Of a DNA stretch of 64,000 nt, positions 38,172-51,230 are shown one piece after another (within the stretch, counting starts at the first letter, position 1; every line of letters starts with the position of its first letter). The DNA comes from Paraphysomonas bandaiensis (lineage: Eukaryota; Protista; Chrysophyceae). The notes beneath the pieces were generated by a model. It was not told the origin of the DNA, searched no databases, and saw nothing but the letters and a program-made list of their open reading frames with translations. Position numbers and translations under genes: made by a program. The stretch spans positions 62,001 to 126,000 of the forward strand of contig CBFFRP010000202.1 in the NCBI GenBank assembly GCA_965644295.1, read 5' to 3'.

Positions 38172-38741
38172 ATTATGTATGTGATTCTATGAGGAGATGT
38201 GTATATATATATATGTGCTATAGGTTTTATTGCACTGGTATTGGTATAGTAGATGGTGTTATGCATGGAATGATTGCCATACTAGTTAGGATGATAGATA
38301 GTGTGTATCTGAGTGGCTAGAGATGAATGATTGTGTTAATGTGGATATCTATCTATGTATCTATATGGCTGTCTGTGTTCTTGCTTGTAGTTGCAGTAAG
38401 GTGGGTGTTGTGTACTTATACAGTACCTTCAGTGTACTTATATAGAGAACTTGTAGGTACATATAGTAACACAGATCTCCTATGAAGAGTACTTCTATAA
38501 TCTTTCAAATGTACTTGTATACCACACACTCTATCTCCTATGGTACAAGACTGTATAGTAGGCATCTCATATACACAGCAGTACACACACCCACCTTCTA
38601 TTCTATATTCTCGACAAGTACATGTGTACATGTACCCCTCTATGCATTCTTTTCTCATAACTCTCTACTCTACAGGTACATACATACACATACTCTGTAT
38701 ATACAGTACATACACATCTCCCTATATATGCATAGGTACAT

Positions 38742-38880
38742 ACATACTGGACTCTCCCTATATATAAGTACATGTATATACTGGACTCTCCCTATACACA
38801 GAATATTTAAGTACATGTATATACTGGACTCTCCATATATATATATAAGTACATGTATATACTGGACTCTCCATATATAA
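38742..38880. repeat. About 35-45-bp imperfect tandem repeat (atactggactctcc..taagtacatgtat)
   Basis: Four copies of tactggactctcc are visible in a divergent intergenic region. Confidence 0.8.
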
Positions 38881-38971
38881 CACTGTCCACATACCACACT
38901 CTTAAACACCCTCTACATCATACATACCTCTATATACAAACACTTCTACTATAACACATACATACATCTAC

Positions 38972-39677
38972 ATGGAAAATAACAATCATTATCAAATAGC
39001 TTTGAGTAATACATGCTGTAATGAGAAGAAGATCACACCTACATGGATTAAAGTATCTGCTACTCCATGGTAACATATACATACATATATCCATATATAT
39101 ACATGTATATTCATATATATACATATCTATAGGACAGGAAAAGCGGCTTATCATCGTGGATATGGACGTCGTTGTATTGTAATAAGCTTATATTACCATA
39201 CCTTCCTATGTCTTATATATACATATAGAATGCTTCGTTGTCAGACGATATGCCAAAACATTTCACGAGGACTGAATATTTAGCACGACCAGAGCCATTG
39301 AAACCATCACCTAAAGTTAAAGTAGGAAGTAAATATAATCCTGAGGCTGCTCTTGTCCTACCTGGTGGTGCTACTGAACAAGACCGACCAACTCACGGAC
39401 ACCGCTACCAAAAACTTATTCATGATAAACAGGTACACATTGCATGGTATATCCAATGGAAGTGAATTTACTTTGGAATTCTCAGCTGTTGCTTGAACCA
39501 GTAGTATCTGATCGATCTGGTCGTTCAGATATCAAGTGGGGTAACTCCCCCTACCGAACTGACATGGATAGTCAGCGGTTCTCAGGGAGATCTGGTCACT
39601 CTGGTGAAAACGTACGCACATTTAGATCAGGAAATAACCATGAGAGCCTGTCACGACGATCGAATTTATCAAGCTAA
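38972..39677 (+). CDS. Hypothetical protein; 4 exons
   Basis: ATG at 38972 (MENNNHYQ). Three GT-AG introns join it in frame to ORFs 39238-39465 and 39444-39677. No recognisable domain. Confidence 0.55.
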
Positions 39678-39899
39678 GAGAGTACTTCTTATTTACGATA
39701 TATAACACTTTGCGATCAGTGTTGTATTCGATTTTTTAGACGTTTTTGTATAGTATTTGTGATTAGAAGTGCTTGCTACATAGATATTTAGATATTTTTT
39801 ATAAATGCGATAGATGTTTTCTTGTAACGATAAGTGTGGTCTGGTTAATACATTTGTTCTGTTACTAAGTGCCACAATTAGTTGTGTCAGGGTAGAGGA

Positions 39900-40620
39900 T
39901 AGAAGTAGCTAAAACGCTAAAACTTCGTGCAGCAAAGCTATTCCCGAGTATTGTTCATATTCATTGGACCTTTACATTAGTTTACATGGGAATCATAGGT
40001 TAGTATTGAAGGAAATGTGCTTTGAGTTAGTTGTACGTACATCGGATATTTTACTTAGGGCTACATCAACAGTGCTAGTGTTGATAAAACAGCAATGTAT
40101 AGTTTCTATTAAAACCCCGGCGTATATTTTGTGTGTCGGCACCAAGCAAGCTCCAGCTAGATCTATGCTATACTTGCATAGCTCATATGTGATTACGAGA
40201 AAGCCCACGCATTCTGGGGGAAGAGGGGCTCAGCGTACCTGTTGCACATATAATGTACGATCACATATCTTGGGGAGAGTGATATAATAGTGTTGAAAAA
40301 TGGCTCTCTAAAGTACTTAAAGCATTTGCTAAAGCCATTTTATCTCTAGGCATGATGATTGTCGAAATAGGGACGCATTCATTTAGGAAAGGTGTGACAA
40401 CGGCATTAGCTAATTGCCCTGGAGGACCCAATGCCATTAAAATATGATATCGAGCTGTATAAAGTTTAGGACCCGTTCAGATTCGATACAGGGCAATTAG
40501 CTAAGGCTTTTGCAACATTTTTCCTTAATGAATGTGTCCCTATTTATGCAATCATTATACCTAGAGATAAAATGGCATCAGCAAAAGTTTTAAGAACTTT
40601 AGAGAGCCATTTTTCAGCAC
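39900..40620 (+). mobile_element. Crypton-type tyrosine-recombinase transposon relic with fold-back duplication
   Basis: 40292-40488 translates to VEKWLSKV..LGMMIVEIGTHSFRKGVTTALANCPGGPNAIKI*YRAV*SLGPVQIRY (HxxR, W/H and Y regions of the Crypton YR, with stops). Upstream is VAHIMYDHISW. 40489-40620 is an inverted copy of 40290-40421. Confidence 0.75.
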
Positions 40621-41257
40621 GATTTTTGAGACCTTCTTGGGTTCCCATGAAGACACCTATCAGAGCCTTCATGATGATGGCCTTGAGTAAATACCCATCA
40701 TGATGATGATGATGCATGAACGTCAGTTGACATATATATATACATACACAGCAGTTGATACAACAGCACCATGCAACAATCTAGAAGCAACAAGCGTGTA
40801 TATATAGTCCCAAATTATACCTTCTTTTAGACTCCCAACCGTTCAAAATCCCTAATTTCCAGAATAAAACAGGATTTCTAGTGCTCTAAACTGATATTTT
40901 CTCCAACAAGAATGGATTTAGAGCATTATTATTCAAAATCCCTAATTTTCTGAAAATATAACTATAAAATCCTTGATTTTAAGTAATCCAAATCTATAAT
41001 ATGGTAGTTTCTATATTCAACGGATGACGTGATGGGCAGCTTCTGCAGAACAGTGTGGACATTGAAGGCAACTGCAGTGAGATGCACTCCGAGTGCCGCC
41101 ACGTTTAGTCGAATTTTCTAAGAATGTGAGATCTAGTTTGATACTCTCCTCATCCAGATCATAATTATTTGCAATCTGAACGCAATAGAGTGAAGTTATT
41201 CAATACAAAGTGTACTCAACGAGCCTCATAATCAAAGCCGTATCTTAATAAGAAACG

Positions 41258-41518
41258 ATGGAAACTGTAAAGGATCACTACAATGCTGCAAAGGAGACTG
41301 TATCCAATGCAATCGGTGATTATTCAGACAAGGTTGAGCAACAGAAGAATGAGAGGGAGACTCAGGAAAGGGCCGAGGAGCTGAAGGATAAGGCGAAAGA
41401 CACCGCACAGAGTGCTGCTGATACAGCTAAAAAGACTGTCGAGTCGGCTACAGACAGAGCAGCGAAAACTGCAGCATCTGCGGAACAAGCCGTTGGTGCT
41501 GATAATAGTGGGAAATAA
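41258..41518 (+). CDS. LEA-like small hydrophilic stress protein
   Basis: 86 aa, A/K/E/T-rich, with 11-mer-like repeats (KDKAKDTAQSA ADTAKKTVESA TDRAAKTAASA). Confidence 0.7.
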   Translation: METVKDHYNAAKETVSNAIGDYSDKVEQQKNERETQERAEELKDKAKDTAQSAADTAKKTVESATDRAAKTAASAEQAVGADNSGK

Positions 41519-41743
41519 AGTTGTTGCCAGAAATATTTTCCAGCTGAAAAGTGTAGATATTATTCGACGATTCTGAGTTGTATACACCATTCCGATAATG
41601 TGGCTAGTGTAGGAGGTAGATAGATATAATCATAGACTGTAACCACAATAAATAAAACGATATTTTGACATGATTACGTATTATTGCGTGACTAAGTACA
41701 CCAATCTAGGTATCCATAGATACTATGGTTGCATGAGATAGAG

Positions 41744-41780
41744 CAGGGATAAGGAACAATATATCGCAATACTATTGTTT
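41744..41780 (+). mobile_element. Solo terminus of the 18229-18608 MITE family
   Basis: cagggataaggaacaatatatcgcaatactattgtt matches the reverse complement of 18573-18608. Confidence 0.6.
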
Positions 41781-42422
41781 GATAGAGTACCAGGATGATG
41801 CACAATTCAATTGGTAAGATATACAAAACTGTAGTATTCTAAAGTATTACACAAAGTGGAAGTATTTTGAAAAACACGGCTGAAGCTTATATTCCCTCAT
41901 GTGTACTGACTTGTTCTGCAGTCACACGGTATTTCGTATTTCGATCAGTTCATTGGACACATCATACTCTCTAGATACCCTACAACACAGAAGACGTATT
42001 TCTATAAACAAACTCTAATTAATGGTATATATGTATATATATATATGAAGAAACTTTACCCATTTGTCTATGGATAATGAGTTTATATTTTATATACTCC
42101 AGAAACGTTAACTGTAGTCTAGCAATATACTCAATCAGTTGAATTTCAAGTAGCCACCCGCCCTCTCTACCAGCGATATCCTTTCCCTTTCCTTGACAAA
42201 GAACAAGGCTAACGCCAAAAGAAAATATACTTGCAATGTGTTATTGATTAACGTGCATGGTAAAATGTTAACATGGTTGAGCTATAATACTTCCGGCACC
42301 GAAATAACCAACAGTTGCAACACTAGCTACAGAGACCATCGCCGCATCAACTCGCATATCATAACATATCGCCGATACTATCACAAGGCATCTACAGCTA
42401 TTAATAACAGTAAAGCAGATAT

Positions 42423-43253
42423 CTATCCCTCCTTGCCGAGAGCAGGGAGGGTCTTGGCGAATGTAGCAGGGCCCTGGATAGCTCCCAGGCAGTTGAAGCC
42501 AATCAAAAGCACAAAGAACATAAATAAGCCCGTCATAAGGCCAGTAAATATGTCCGGGGTGAGGTAGAGGTAGGTGTTCTGAGAGTATATGGAGAATTCG
42601 GTACCTTCTGGCAGGTAGTCGTCGCCCTCAGAGATGTCACTTGTCAAAAGACGATGGTAGTTACCGGGTGTCTCAGGGGCAACGCCAGCAGGGTTCTGAA
42701 GAGCAACGAATAAGGCATTACCTTGAGAAACAGAAAGATCAAGGATATCCTTGTACGTGGCTTCCGAATTGACGTCACTGGGTACATTAACTAAAAACGA
42801 ATCCAGCACACCATTGCTGAGAATATCTTTCGACTGAGATAATAAATCCACCATCTCCGATGGAGTTACACTCTTCATATTCTGCAAGGAATCAGATTCG
42901 GCAAATCTCTGGCAAATGCTTTGTTGAGTATTATGAACCGCATGATACACATTCGGTAATATGGTCGCATCACCAGATTGTTGAATACTTGCAGATAATG
43001 CCGACTGCTGATGGAAATCATTCGTTTTCTCATTATCTGAACAAAACATCACAAGAATTTCTTTTTTAGATGCTTCATTATCAAGTAATTCAGCTACTTT
43101 ATCAGTAGTAGTCGTTTGAGTGATGTATGTAGCTGGTTTAGTAGACGGGCTGGTATTAGGGGACCATAATATAGCTCTGCCTGGTGCATTGACCTGTGCA
43201 CCATACACGGATACAGATAATAGACAAGCAGTTACTGTTAATGCACGAATCAT
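42423..43253 (-). CDS. V-type ATPase accessory subunit Ac45/VOA1-like type I membrane protein
   Basis: N-terminal signal peptide; C-terminal YLTPDIFTGLMTGLFMFFVLLIGFNCLGAIQGPATF matches the Ac45/VOA1 TM signature. Confidence 0.75.
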   Translation of the reverse strand: MIRALTVTACLLSVSVYGAQVNAPGRAILWSPNTSPSTKPATYITQTTTTDKVAELLDNEASKKEILVMFCSDNEKTNDFHQQSALSASIQQSGDATILPNVYHAVHNTQQSICQRFAESDSLQNMKSVTPSEMVDLLSQSKDILSNGVLDSFLVNVPSDVNSEATYKDILDLSVSQGNALFVALQNPAGVAPETPGNYHRLLTSDISEGDDYLPEGTEFSIYSQNTYLYLTPDIFTGLMTGLFMFFVLLIGFNCLGAIQGPATFAKTLPALGKEG

Positions 43254-43920
43254 TGGAACAATGGAATAGTAATGTAATATAGTATAGATTGCAAAAGAGT
43301 GGTAGCTAACTGTGTATATATGTGCAAGTATATATATATATGCAGTCGTCTATATGCATCAGAGCATATATGTATGTATATATATGTATGCATCTAGATA
43401 TAGACATAAACACACGTATATACAGTGAGGAGGCTACTGCTGTATATTTACGTCACAAAAAAAACAATTTGTGAAAAAAAATATGTATTTAGCATCCATA
43501 TCTTTAGTGGTCAAAAACTGAAAATACAACTTATCTTCCTCTACACAACTACAAGATACGTATTCCAAATATGATATAATGGTATCTTCAAAGGTCATCA
43601 CTGAATATAATACTATAAATATAAGGGTACTATCTGCTACTCGTGATGATACAATTAATCGTTTTACTCTCAGACTCTCCCATGTATGTATGTATGTATA
43701 TATATGTATGTGTATGTATGTGTATGTATGTATAGGCAGATCTCTTAAGGACAATATATAGATAGATAGATTGATATTACGGGCCATTGAATGCCTATTG
43801 GATTATTCTTATCATGTCTATAGTATTGTAATTACTCAATTTCATGTACTGAATATACCATTGACTCAATAACTAAGTAACTGTATAGATATCTAGATAT
43901 ATACATACATATCGCTAAAT

Positions 43921-46900
43921 ATGTATAGAAACAACGATCACGACAGTCAAAACATGCCTATGAACAGTCATAGATCGGTATAATATATCTATTAATGATT
44001 TTATTAATAGTTTCTAATATATGTATGTATATGTATGTATATGTAGGATGTATCCGCACTCAGTCAACACTTTAATGAAGAAGACAATGAAGAATATTCT
44101 CTTATGACAGATGATGCTTCATTGAATTCAACTATGCCTGATTTTCAAAGTGTTCATAATACATATACACGGGGGTTATTGAAAGGACGGCATCCTCGTT
44201 CATTCCCTCGTCAGTCAGAACTCTGGCATCACTAGTTGAGTTGCACGCTATAAACTTATTATGTGGCTCAAATGTATTATACAGCAAGTCGTCATCTAAA
44301 CGATTAGAGCGTGTTACCAAGGGGCATAAATTGTGGAGTGTTATTGCCGAATCAGAAGAAGATGTTCATGCCACCGCGTCGAAAATGAATACTGAACTCA
44401 ACCAACAGAAGCGAAATACATCATCGAAGTATTCCGAAGTGGGCTCCAGTTACATTCCAAAGGAGCCATTGCATGGCCTTCATGTTGATTTGAAGGTTTG
44501 AGTTTACTACTATGCAGCTGTCTCCATTTCAGATGCTTCTCACTATATAGGGGTCATTTCGCATGCATTATGGAATGAATATAGTCTTAATGAACTCGCT
44601 GGATGAAGTACTCTGTGTAAATCAACACCACGAAGTGATGTGTAAAACTGAGGACCAGCTTGAATACGGCGACGAAATATGCTTTAAATTAATCGATTTA
44701 ACAGAGCCCACAAACCCAGGTGACAATACTGTATTGGATTCGCTATTGCGTACCTCTGACCAATACATATAGGTCCTATAGCATATGGTAAGCCTGTGTG
44801 GCTGCAGGCTTTGAGGTCTGAGGGCGATAATAGCATATATTATGGTTTTGTTGTGGGCGCTAAGGTGATGATTCATCTACTATATTTAATTGCATATACT
44901 GATGTGTATTCAGCTCTTTGGACCACCGGAAATGAAATCGGAAAAGTTTTTTGAGGTATGGAGAGAAAATGATGAATGCAAAAGAGATGTCACATTGATG
45001 TAGTATACTAAACGGAAGTCTGCGAAGCCTAGTGAGAGTGAGAAGAAATCGCCACAAACTAGTAACGTTACACCATATGGCTCTCCAGTGTCTGAAAAAG
45101 GTGACACGAGTCCGGAAGATTCGAACGGAATGATGGAATCCACTATGTTAACGGAAGGTACATATGTATTTTGGTGAGATATTACACCATCACATTGATC
45201 GCAGTTCCACCTTCAACTGGGGAAGCTATGGGTAGTAATGAGACACGTACTTCGGAAGCAAGCGGAGCTGATAACTTACCTAGTAAATATTCGCGTAAGA
45301 AGAACACAGACAAGGCGGAGTTAAAGAAAAAGAAGAGTGGAAAGTCGACAGAGCAGGCTGAAATATGTGGCGCATTAGGTACTTTACAGGCTTTTAGTGG
45401 TAGTAAAGATGAAAAGTCTTACGGCATGCATCAACATCAACTCCATCAACAGCAACAAATGCAGGTCGAACACTGCATATACATTGGATATAAAGTATAA
45501 ATTCGTGTTGTAGGGGGATGATCAAACTAGATTTAAAAGCAGACAAGCTTCGTGAGTAGCGTTTTTTGTTTGTGTGTAATATGTAATGTATTTCTGCAAC
45601 AGACATCTTGCCATGTGGACAGTTCAGTCGGCGTTAAAGAGTGGTGCACCAGGTGAGACTATGTGAAATGTTATCTTCATACTGTGGAGTAATAAGCGAT
45701 CTGACAACAGAAAAGTTTGTTACAAGCTGCACACCTATATACCTTGAGCAGGATCTTTATTGTCTGGCCACATCACACGGCAATACGTAAGAAATGCAAC
45801 TTCAATCTTTTGCAGAATTACCTAAATGTGACCCATTGCAATACAGCTATAATCCCTGGCCACGTACTGTTGAGGTAGACATAGTATCAGCTGGAATAAG
45901 TCGGAAGCAAATGATAAAACAACAACAAGCTTTAGCGTCAAAAAAGAACACTCTCTTCGATACTCTAAATAGCTTTCAGAGTGCTTATTCTCCAGGGGGG
46001 CATGAAACTGATGCTTTTAATAATACATCGACTAGCACAGCAAGGTGAAATGCTACTATTCTACTCCGTGAGATAATAACTTGAATTAGTGCTGCTTCTG
46101 TGGATACTACAACACAGCCGGCCAAAGCCTTGACAACATTTACCCATAGTCTTCCACATGGCTGTCTGCGAAGAGTAGTTAAAAGGGTACATTTATCTAT
46201 TGTTATATTAATAATACGTAACCTGTATTCATAGGGTGCACCATATGAGCACTTGGTTGATAGGAGGTACGTTATGCACTAATTAAAATGGTGTGCTGAT
46301 AGATACATATTCAACAGATGCGTGTGGAAATTCTGCGTTGTTGATAACCCTAGGGATTTGAAGTTACTCTCTGTGAAGGAGCAACGAGCCCAGAAGCTCT
46401 TACGAAAGGTATTGTAACTGCATGAAAAATTTCAAGCGTAGTAAACATCTACTTCTACGTTAGGCCAGAGCTGGACTGAACAAATCTAAGCACAACAGAT
46501 TAGGTGGTCGGGTTCATGAGGGTAAGCATGTGGGGGTGCTTATTTGGTTGTATTTGGTTATTTACTGGCTTCATAGGATATGTATTACCTGACGGAGAAA
46601 CGCTTACTGGTGGTGAAAAGTTCCCTACAATGTTGAGGACAATTGTTTCTACAACAACTTTGCGAATGGAGACAGACGACATGATATCGAGGCGTCAGAA
46701 AGTTAGTTTTTAAAACTATTTGTCGGTGTCTTGTGGTTTACAGTGCCATTGTAGGAAGAAGATATTGCGTCACACATCAAGGATATGTTTAGGGGGTGCA
46801 ATGTGGATGAAATTGAGAAGTATGCCGATGGGACACTGTCCGTATCGTCCTCTGCCAAAATGAGAAGGAAAAAATCTGAGCGTGATATTAGTACTCCAGG

Positions 46901-47652
46901 GTCACCTGATCCTCGTGCACAGAAAGGGTACTACATACTAATTCATATTTTTCATTGGTTATATTTTCGGCTTAGAAGTGGGTTTGCTGCATCAACAAGA
47001 GGGCCTCGCAGAGCTGAAATAAACAGATTAAGATCGAAACCTGTGAGCCAAACCGTTTATATAATATAATTTTTGCCTTAATTGCGTTTCGTTTTAGGAA
47101 AAAGCAGTTGATGAATCTGCACCTCGGGATCTAAAAAATTTTTCTTTTGGAGGAGAGATGTTAAAAATTCATCAGTCATTTGCTGCTGTCAACGCTAAAG
47201 TCACGGTGTGTCAAATTTCCTATTGTCAGGCGGTGTGATGACGATGTATCTGTAAAACACAGGGTAGCTTGATGACGAGGAGCTACATGAACTCTTATGA
47301 AGGAGGAAAATATCAAACACAAAGTGTTTCTGATAAGTCTAATTCGGGATCACCTGTGGGATCCGAATCCACGTTTCCGTCACTCAGTAATAGCAGTATT
47401 TCAAATTCTAATCCATCATTGGGAAGACTATCACATAAAATGGAGTTATTGGCACAAGAAGATCAACGAGTTTTACTGGTATAGTATTTTACATAGGGCA
47501 ACGATGAAATTAACTATTTTATTACTTAGGCATTAAGGCACAGAGAGCAGATGAGCAAGCGTACGGATATTGGATCACTTTTTGATGACCTGGTAGGTGA
47601 AGATATATACTCTAAGAATAGCCAAAAGAAGCATCACTTTTCGTCGGGGTAA
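43921..47652 (+). CDS. Hypothetical multi-exon protein
   Basis: Chain of short plus-strand exons bounded by GT-AG introns from ATG 43921 (MYRNNDHDSQ) to TAA 47650-47652. No domain recognised; exact exon structure uncertain. Confidence 0.55.
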
Positions 47653-47956
47653 ATGTGAATCGTAAAATCACAATACCACTTAGGATAGTTTGTTGTGGAC
47701 TTTGTGTGTAATGCGTCGTGTTCGTGACTTCGTGTGGATAATAATGAAATCATCTTATTAGAGCTCGGGTTTTTTAAATTTATGGTTAGCATAATTTCTA
47801 GCGAATAAAATATTCGATCACAATCAGAATGAATACCATTTCGATTCCGCTAGAATGATAAAAGTGACAAATTCATTTAAGTTAATTTTACGATATACAG
47901 TTAAATTTGGCATAGATATACGTTAAGTGCTGTTATATTGATTCTTAATGTCTATT

Positions 47957-48170
47957 TATACACAATGCTTCTACTTTTCTTAACACTGCTTTCGAAAAGA
48001 CAGTCGAAAAGATTGAATGTGGCAATGAAGCCGTACATACTCGGATCATATTAAAATATTTTGCTCGATGAGGATAGAGAAGATGATGACAGTAAGAGTC
48101 TAGTTCAGAATGACAATGCAACGCAACGTTAGATTGATGGTAGCAGACAGTGGAAGCGATCACGTCTTAA
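47957..48170 (+). mobile_element. Truncated hAT relic (copy of 51231-51449)
   Basis: Direct similarity beginning tatacacaatgct; it stops at the cagggg terminus of the adjacent element. Confidence 0.75.
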
Positions 48171-48340
48171 CAGGGGGCGATAATAATATTTTTATGACCA
48201 ATAATAATTAACAACTATGTTGCAATATATTAATATATATTAGGCACTAAGAAGAAATGAGCTCGATCGGTAGTAGTAACGTAGTAATTAGTTAGTAGAG
48301 GTTACAACACAATGATGACTACCCAATAGCAATGGGGCAA

Positions 48341-50041
48341 CTAGTACTGTAAGTGTTCCAACTCTTCGTCACTGTCGTCCTCATTCTCGTCCTGATCGGA
48401 CGGTCCATCATCGATGACCTGTTGCACTGTCTTTGCGGTCCACAAGTGCTTGTTGAAGCGAAGGAACAGAAATAGTTCGAGGCGTCGTGTGGTCATTCCT
48501 TGTCGCAAGTGTGTCGTGATAATCTTGGCTCTGCTGAACAAACGCTCCACAACGTTTGTTGTACAGTAAACGTGCTTGGTCGATCGATACTTGGTGTCAA
48601 GCTGTCGTCGTAACTTCTTGCTGGCTCTGTGACTTTCAAAAGCAGCAGCAGCGTTTCTTACATTTTCCACTTCGACTGCACTATCCAGTGAATCAGCTTC
48701 TTCTGCATTCATTCGAAATCTCGCAACCGCATCTCTCTCTTGACGAGTCAGAGATTCCTCGTATCCATTCTGAATCTTCACAATGGCCTTTTCGAAGGTA
48801 GGGTTTTGAACGATATCAGCATCTACGGAGAGGTGGGAAGCTGTGACAGGGAATTTTTCTATGAGCATATCAAACTGATGGCGAACCTCACTCATGTCCA
48901 ACTGCAGGTCACCTTCTTGTTGTAACAGCATAGACACGCAGTTAAATTCCTTCAATTCTTCCCGCAGCTGCAAAATTCGTGAATGCTCCGCTCTCGAAGG
49001 GATCAGCAGCAAAACTTTATCATCCAAGTTGCAGTCGGGCAGCTTCTCTTCAATCTCCACATAGCGATTGACCATAGCAAATAAAGAACCCCATTCTGTG
49101 CTGCTGAGAAGAGCCTCCTTGACCCCTCGTTTCCTCAGTTTACTGCTGTTCTTGAGTGTTCTCAAAGCTTTAGAAAGAGTTGATATTTTGTTGATGAGTC
49201 CTTGATAATGAGTGTCAATGAAAGTCATCACTGCTAGATTTAGCCTGTAAGAAGCGCAGCCAACCAGAGGAACGACTTTTCCAATCTTAAGCCCAATAAG
49301 TCTTGCCAATTTAGGGTTAGTTGCTGTGTTATCGCCTGATATAAATTCGATGGAGTCAAAGTTATGGCCAACCGAAGTAAGTTCATCAAGGATATAATCA
49401 CCCAGCGATTCCGCAGTGAGGTCGATATTTGCTTCGTCCTCGTCATCAAGTTCATCTTGAACGCAACAACATAATAATCTCCTCTGAATCTTATCAGTCC
49501 CATCAGTCCAAGAAGCGAAAATAGCAAAGTAATGCTCGTGATCACATGAATACCCATCAACAATCAGACCAAATGTTTTGGGTAAATCTGACTTTAAATA
49601 TGTTTCAACTTTCTTACCAATTGCATCCATATATTTTAATAAAGTTCTTTTAGAAATTAATTGTAATGTACTATAATTTCTAGTTAATGAGTTATGAATA
49701 AAATTAAATGAAAGATCATCCATAATGATCCATTCTAACCATCTATAAATATTACTAGCTTTAATTGATATTTTCCTTGAATAAAAATCAATGATTGTAT
49801 ATGCTTTTGTTGTTGTTGCTGCTGCTGCTGTTGTTGCTGTTGTTGTTGTCTCTCTATTAGAAGTATGAATAATAGATTCCCAGTTGCGATAAGTCTTCAC
49901 ATGATTAAGGAGGTTACTGTAGCCTGTTCCTTGACGTTGTATATATGATTTCAAACAATAATTACATAACCATTTATCAGAATCATCAATATGTTGAGTA
50001 TAAAATGATTGAATGATATGTTTTGTTGATACCATTCTCAC
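48341..50041 (-). CDS. hAT-family transposase with BED-finger-like N-terminus (possibly domesticated)
   Basis: 566-aa intact ORF: WLCNYC..GTGYSNLLNH, WLEWII, LIVDGYS (D), ISGDN (D), GCASYRLNL, NVVERLFSRAK (E; hATC dimerisation region). Confidence 0.88.
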   Translation of the reverse strand: MRMVSTKHIIQSFYTQHIDDSDKWLCNYCLKSYIQRQGTGYSNLLNHVKTYRNWESIIHTSNRETTTTATTAAAATTTKAYTIIDFYSRKISIKASNIYRWLEWIIMDDLSFNFIHNSLTRNYSTLQLISKRTLLKYMDAIGKKVETYLKSDLPKTFGLIVDGYSCDHEHYFAIFASWTDGTDKIQRRLLCCCVQDELDDEDEANIDLTAESLGDYILDELTSVGHNFDSIEFISGDNTATNPKLARLIGLKIGKVVPLVGCASYRLNLAVMTFIDTHYQGLINKISTLSKALRTLKNSSKLRKRGVKEALLSSTEWGSLFAMVNRYVEIEEKLPDCNLDDKVLLLIPSRAEHSRILQLREELKEFNCVSMLLQQEGDLQLDMSEVRHQFDMLIEKFPVTASHLSVDADIVQNPTFEKAIVKIQNGYEESLTRQERDAVARFRMNAEEADSLDSAVEVENVRNAAAAFESHRASKKLRRQLDTKYRSTKHVYCTTNVVERLFSRAKIITTHLRQGMTTRRLELFLFLRFNKHLWTAKTVQQVIDDGPSDQDENEDDSDEELEHLQY

Positions 50042-50070
50042 TCTCTCTCACTCTCACACACACACACACA

Positions 50071-50112
<42 letters not shown>

Positions 50113-50161
50113 GCATATATATGTATGCTATACACACTTGTTGGTTAAGACTAAGAGATAC

Positions 50162-50310
50162 GTCTTGGCATCTTTTGTATATTTTTGTTCAAAAATGCCT
50201 CTAATATTGAGATAATAATTATATGTAGACCAGACGTAGATGTATGTAGGTAATATAGAGTATATTTGCTTCAATTTATTTCCGAAAAATATGATGCTGA
50301 CTGCCAATAC
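50162..50310 (-). mobile_element. 149-bp MITE-like dispersed repeat, copy 2
   Basis: Reverse-orientation homolog of 22671-22819, same length. Confidence 0.8.
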
Positions 50311-51230
50311 TTACGAAGTAAGAGAGATATGGCTGGGATTTTGCTATTGAGAAGAAGAGAATGATAAAAAACCAGATTTACATGTATGTAAAACTAAAAG
50401 CAGGATTTTCGAGAGTTATTTTCTAGAATCCCCTGGTTTTTCACTCAAATATGTCACAAAACTGCACATTTTCAAGATAATAATCGGCATATTGTCTACA
50501 GAATCCAGAGACAGCTTCACATACAGGATACGATGCGATACTTCTAGTAGTAAAGAGGAACGCAGGCTGATATGATCATAACCTCACTGGGAATACATGA
50601 GCTCATAGTTCTTTCATGCTACATGCTGCTGATTGTTGATTTAGCTGGTGAAAGGTATGGTGAAGTGGCAATCATACAGGAGAGTTGGTCTATTACGCCA
50701 ATCGAAGGGATCGATCGTGTATGCTAGTCGTGGCAGTCTGTAAGCTTCTTCCTGTTAGTTCAAAGACAGAGATAGCAGAGTTGATTCCATGACCATGACT
50801 GTCATATAGCACCAGAGGACATTCAGGAAATATGATCGGATGATATTGTAGATATATTCAATTGAGTGGTTCGAAACAGAGCATATGAATATACTCATAC
50901 TGCAGAGCTGATCGTCAGAAAGACTCACATAAGAATAACTCCACTAGCTCCCAATCACCTGCTAAGAAGCAGAAGCATTGGGCACTTCAGATGTCTTCAC
51001 CGCCAATCTGAGTTCGTCCAAGCCATCTTAAACCGACCTTAAAATCGAAATAAATTCTGAAGTACGATACTGATACAGAATTTATTTTCTAAGACACACT
51101 AGCATGAGCAATATATATATATATATTGCAATATATTGCGAGGCCAAATTTTGCTAAAATAATAATCAATATATTGTATCAATCAAAACTAAATTATATT
51201 GTAATCCAATATATTGTTGACTGGCCCCGT

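Larger units (their letters stand above)
48171..51229 (-). mobile_element. hAT-superfamily DNA transposon with degenerate termini
   Basis: Left end cagggggcgataataatatt, right end aatatattgttgactggccccg, subterminal ttgcaatatat motifs at both ends; contains the transposase ORF. Confidence 0.6.

Noticed and set aside
50340-51060. Second gene inside the hAT element
   Set aside because: Coding-like composition, but no sizeable ORF or identifiable motif.
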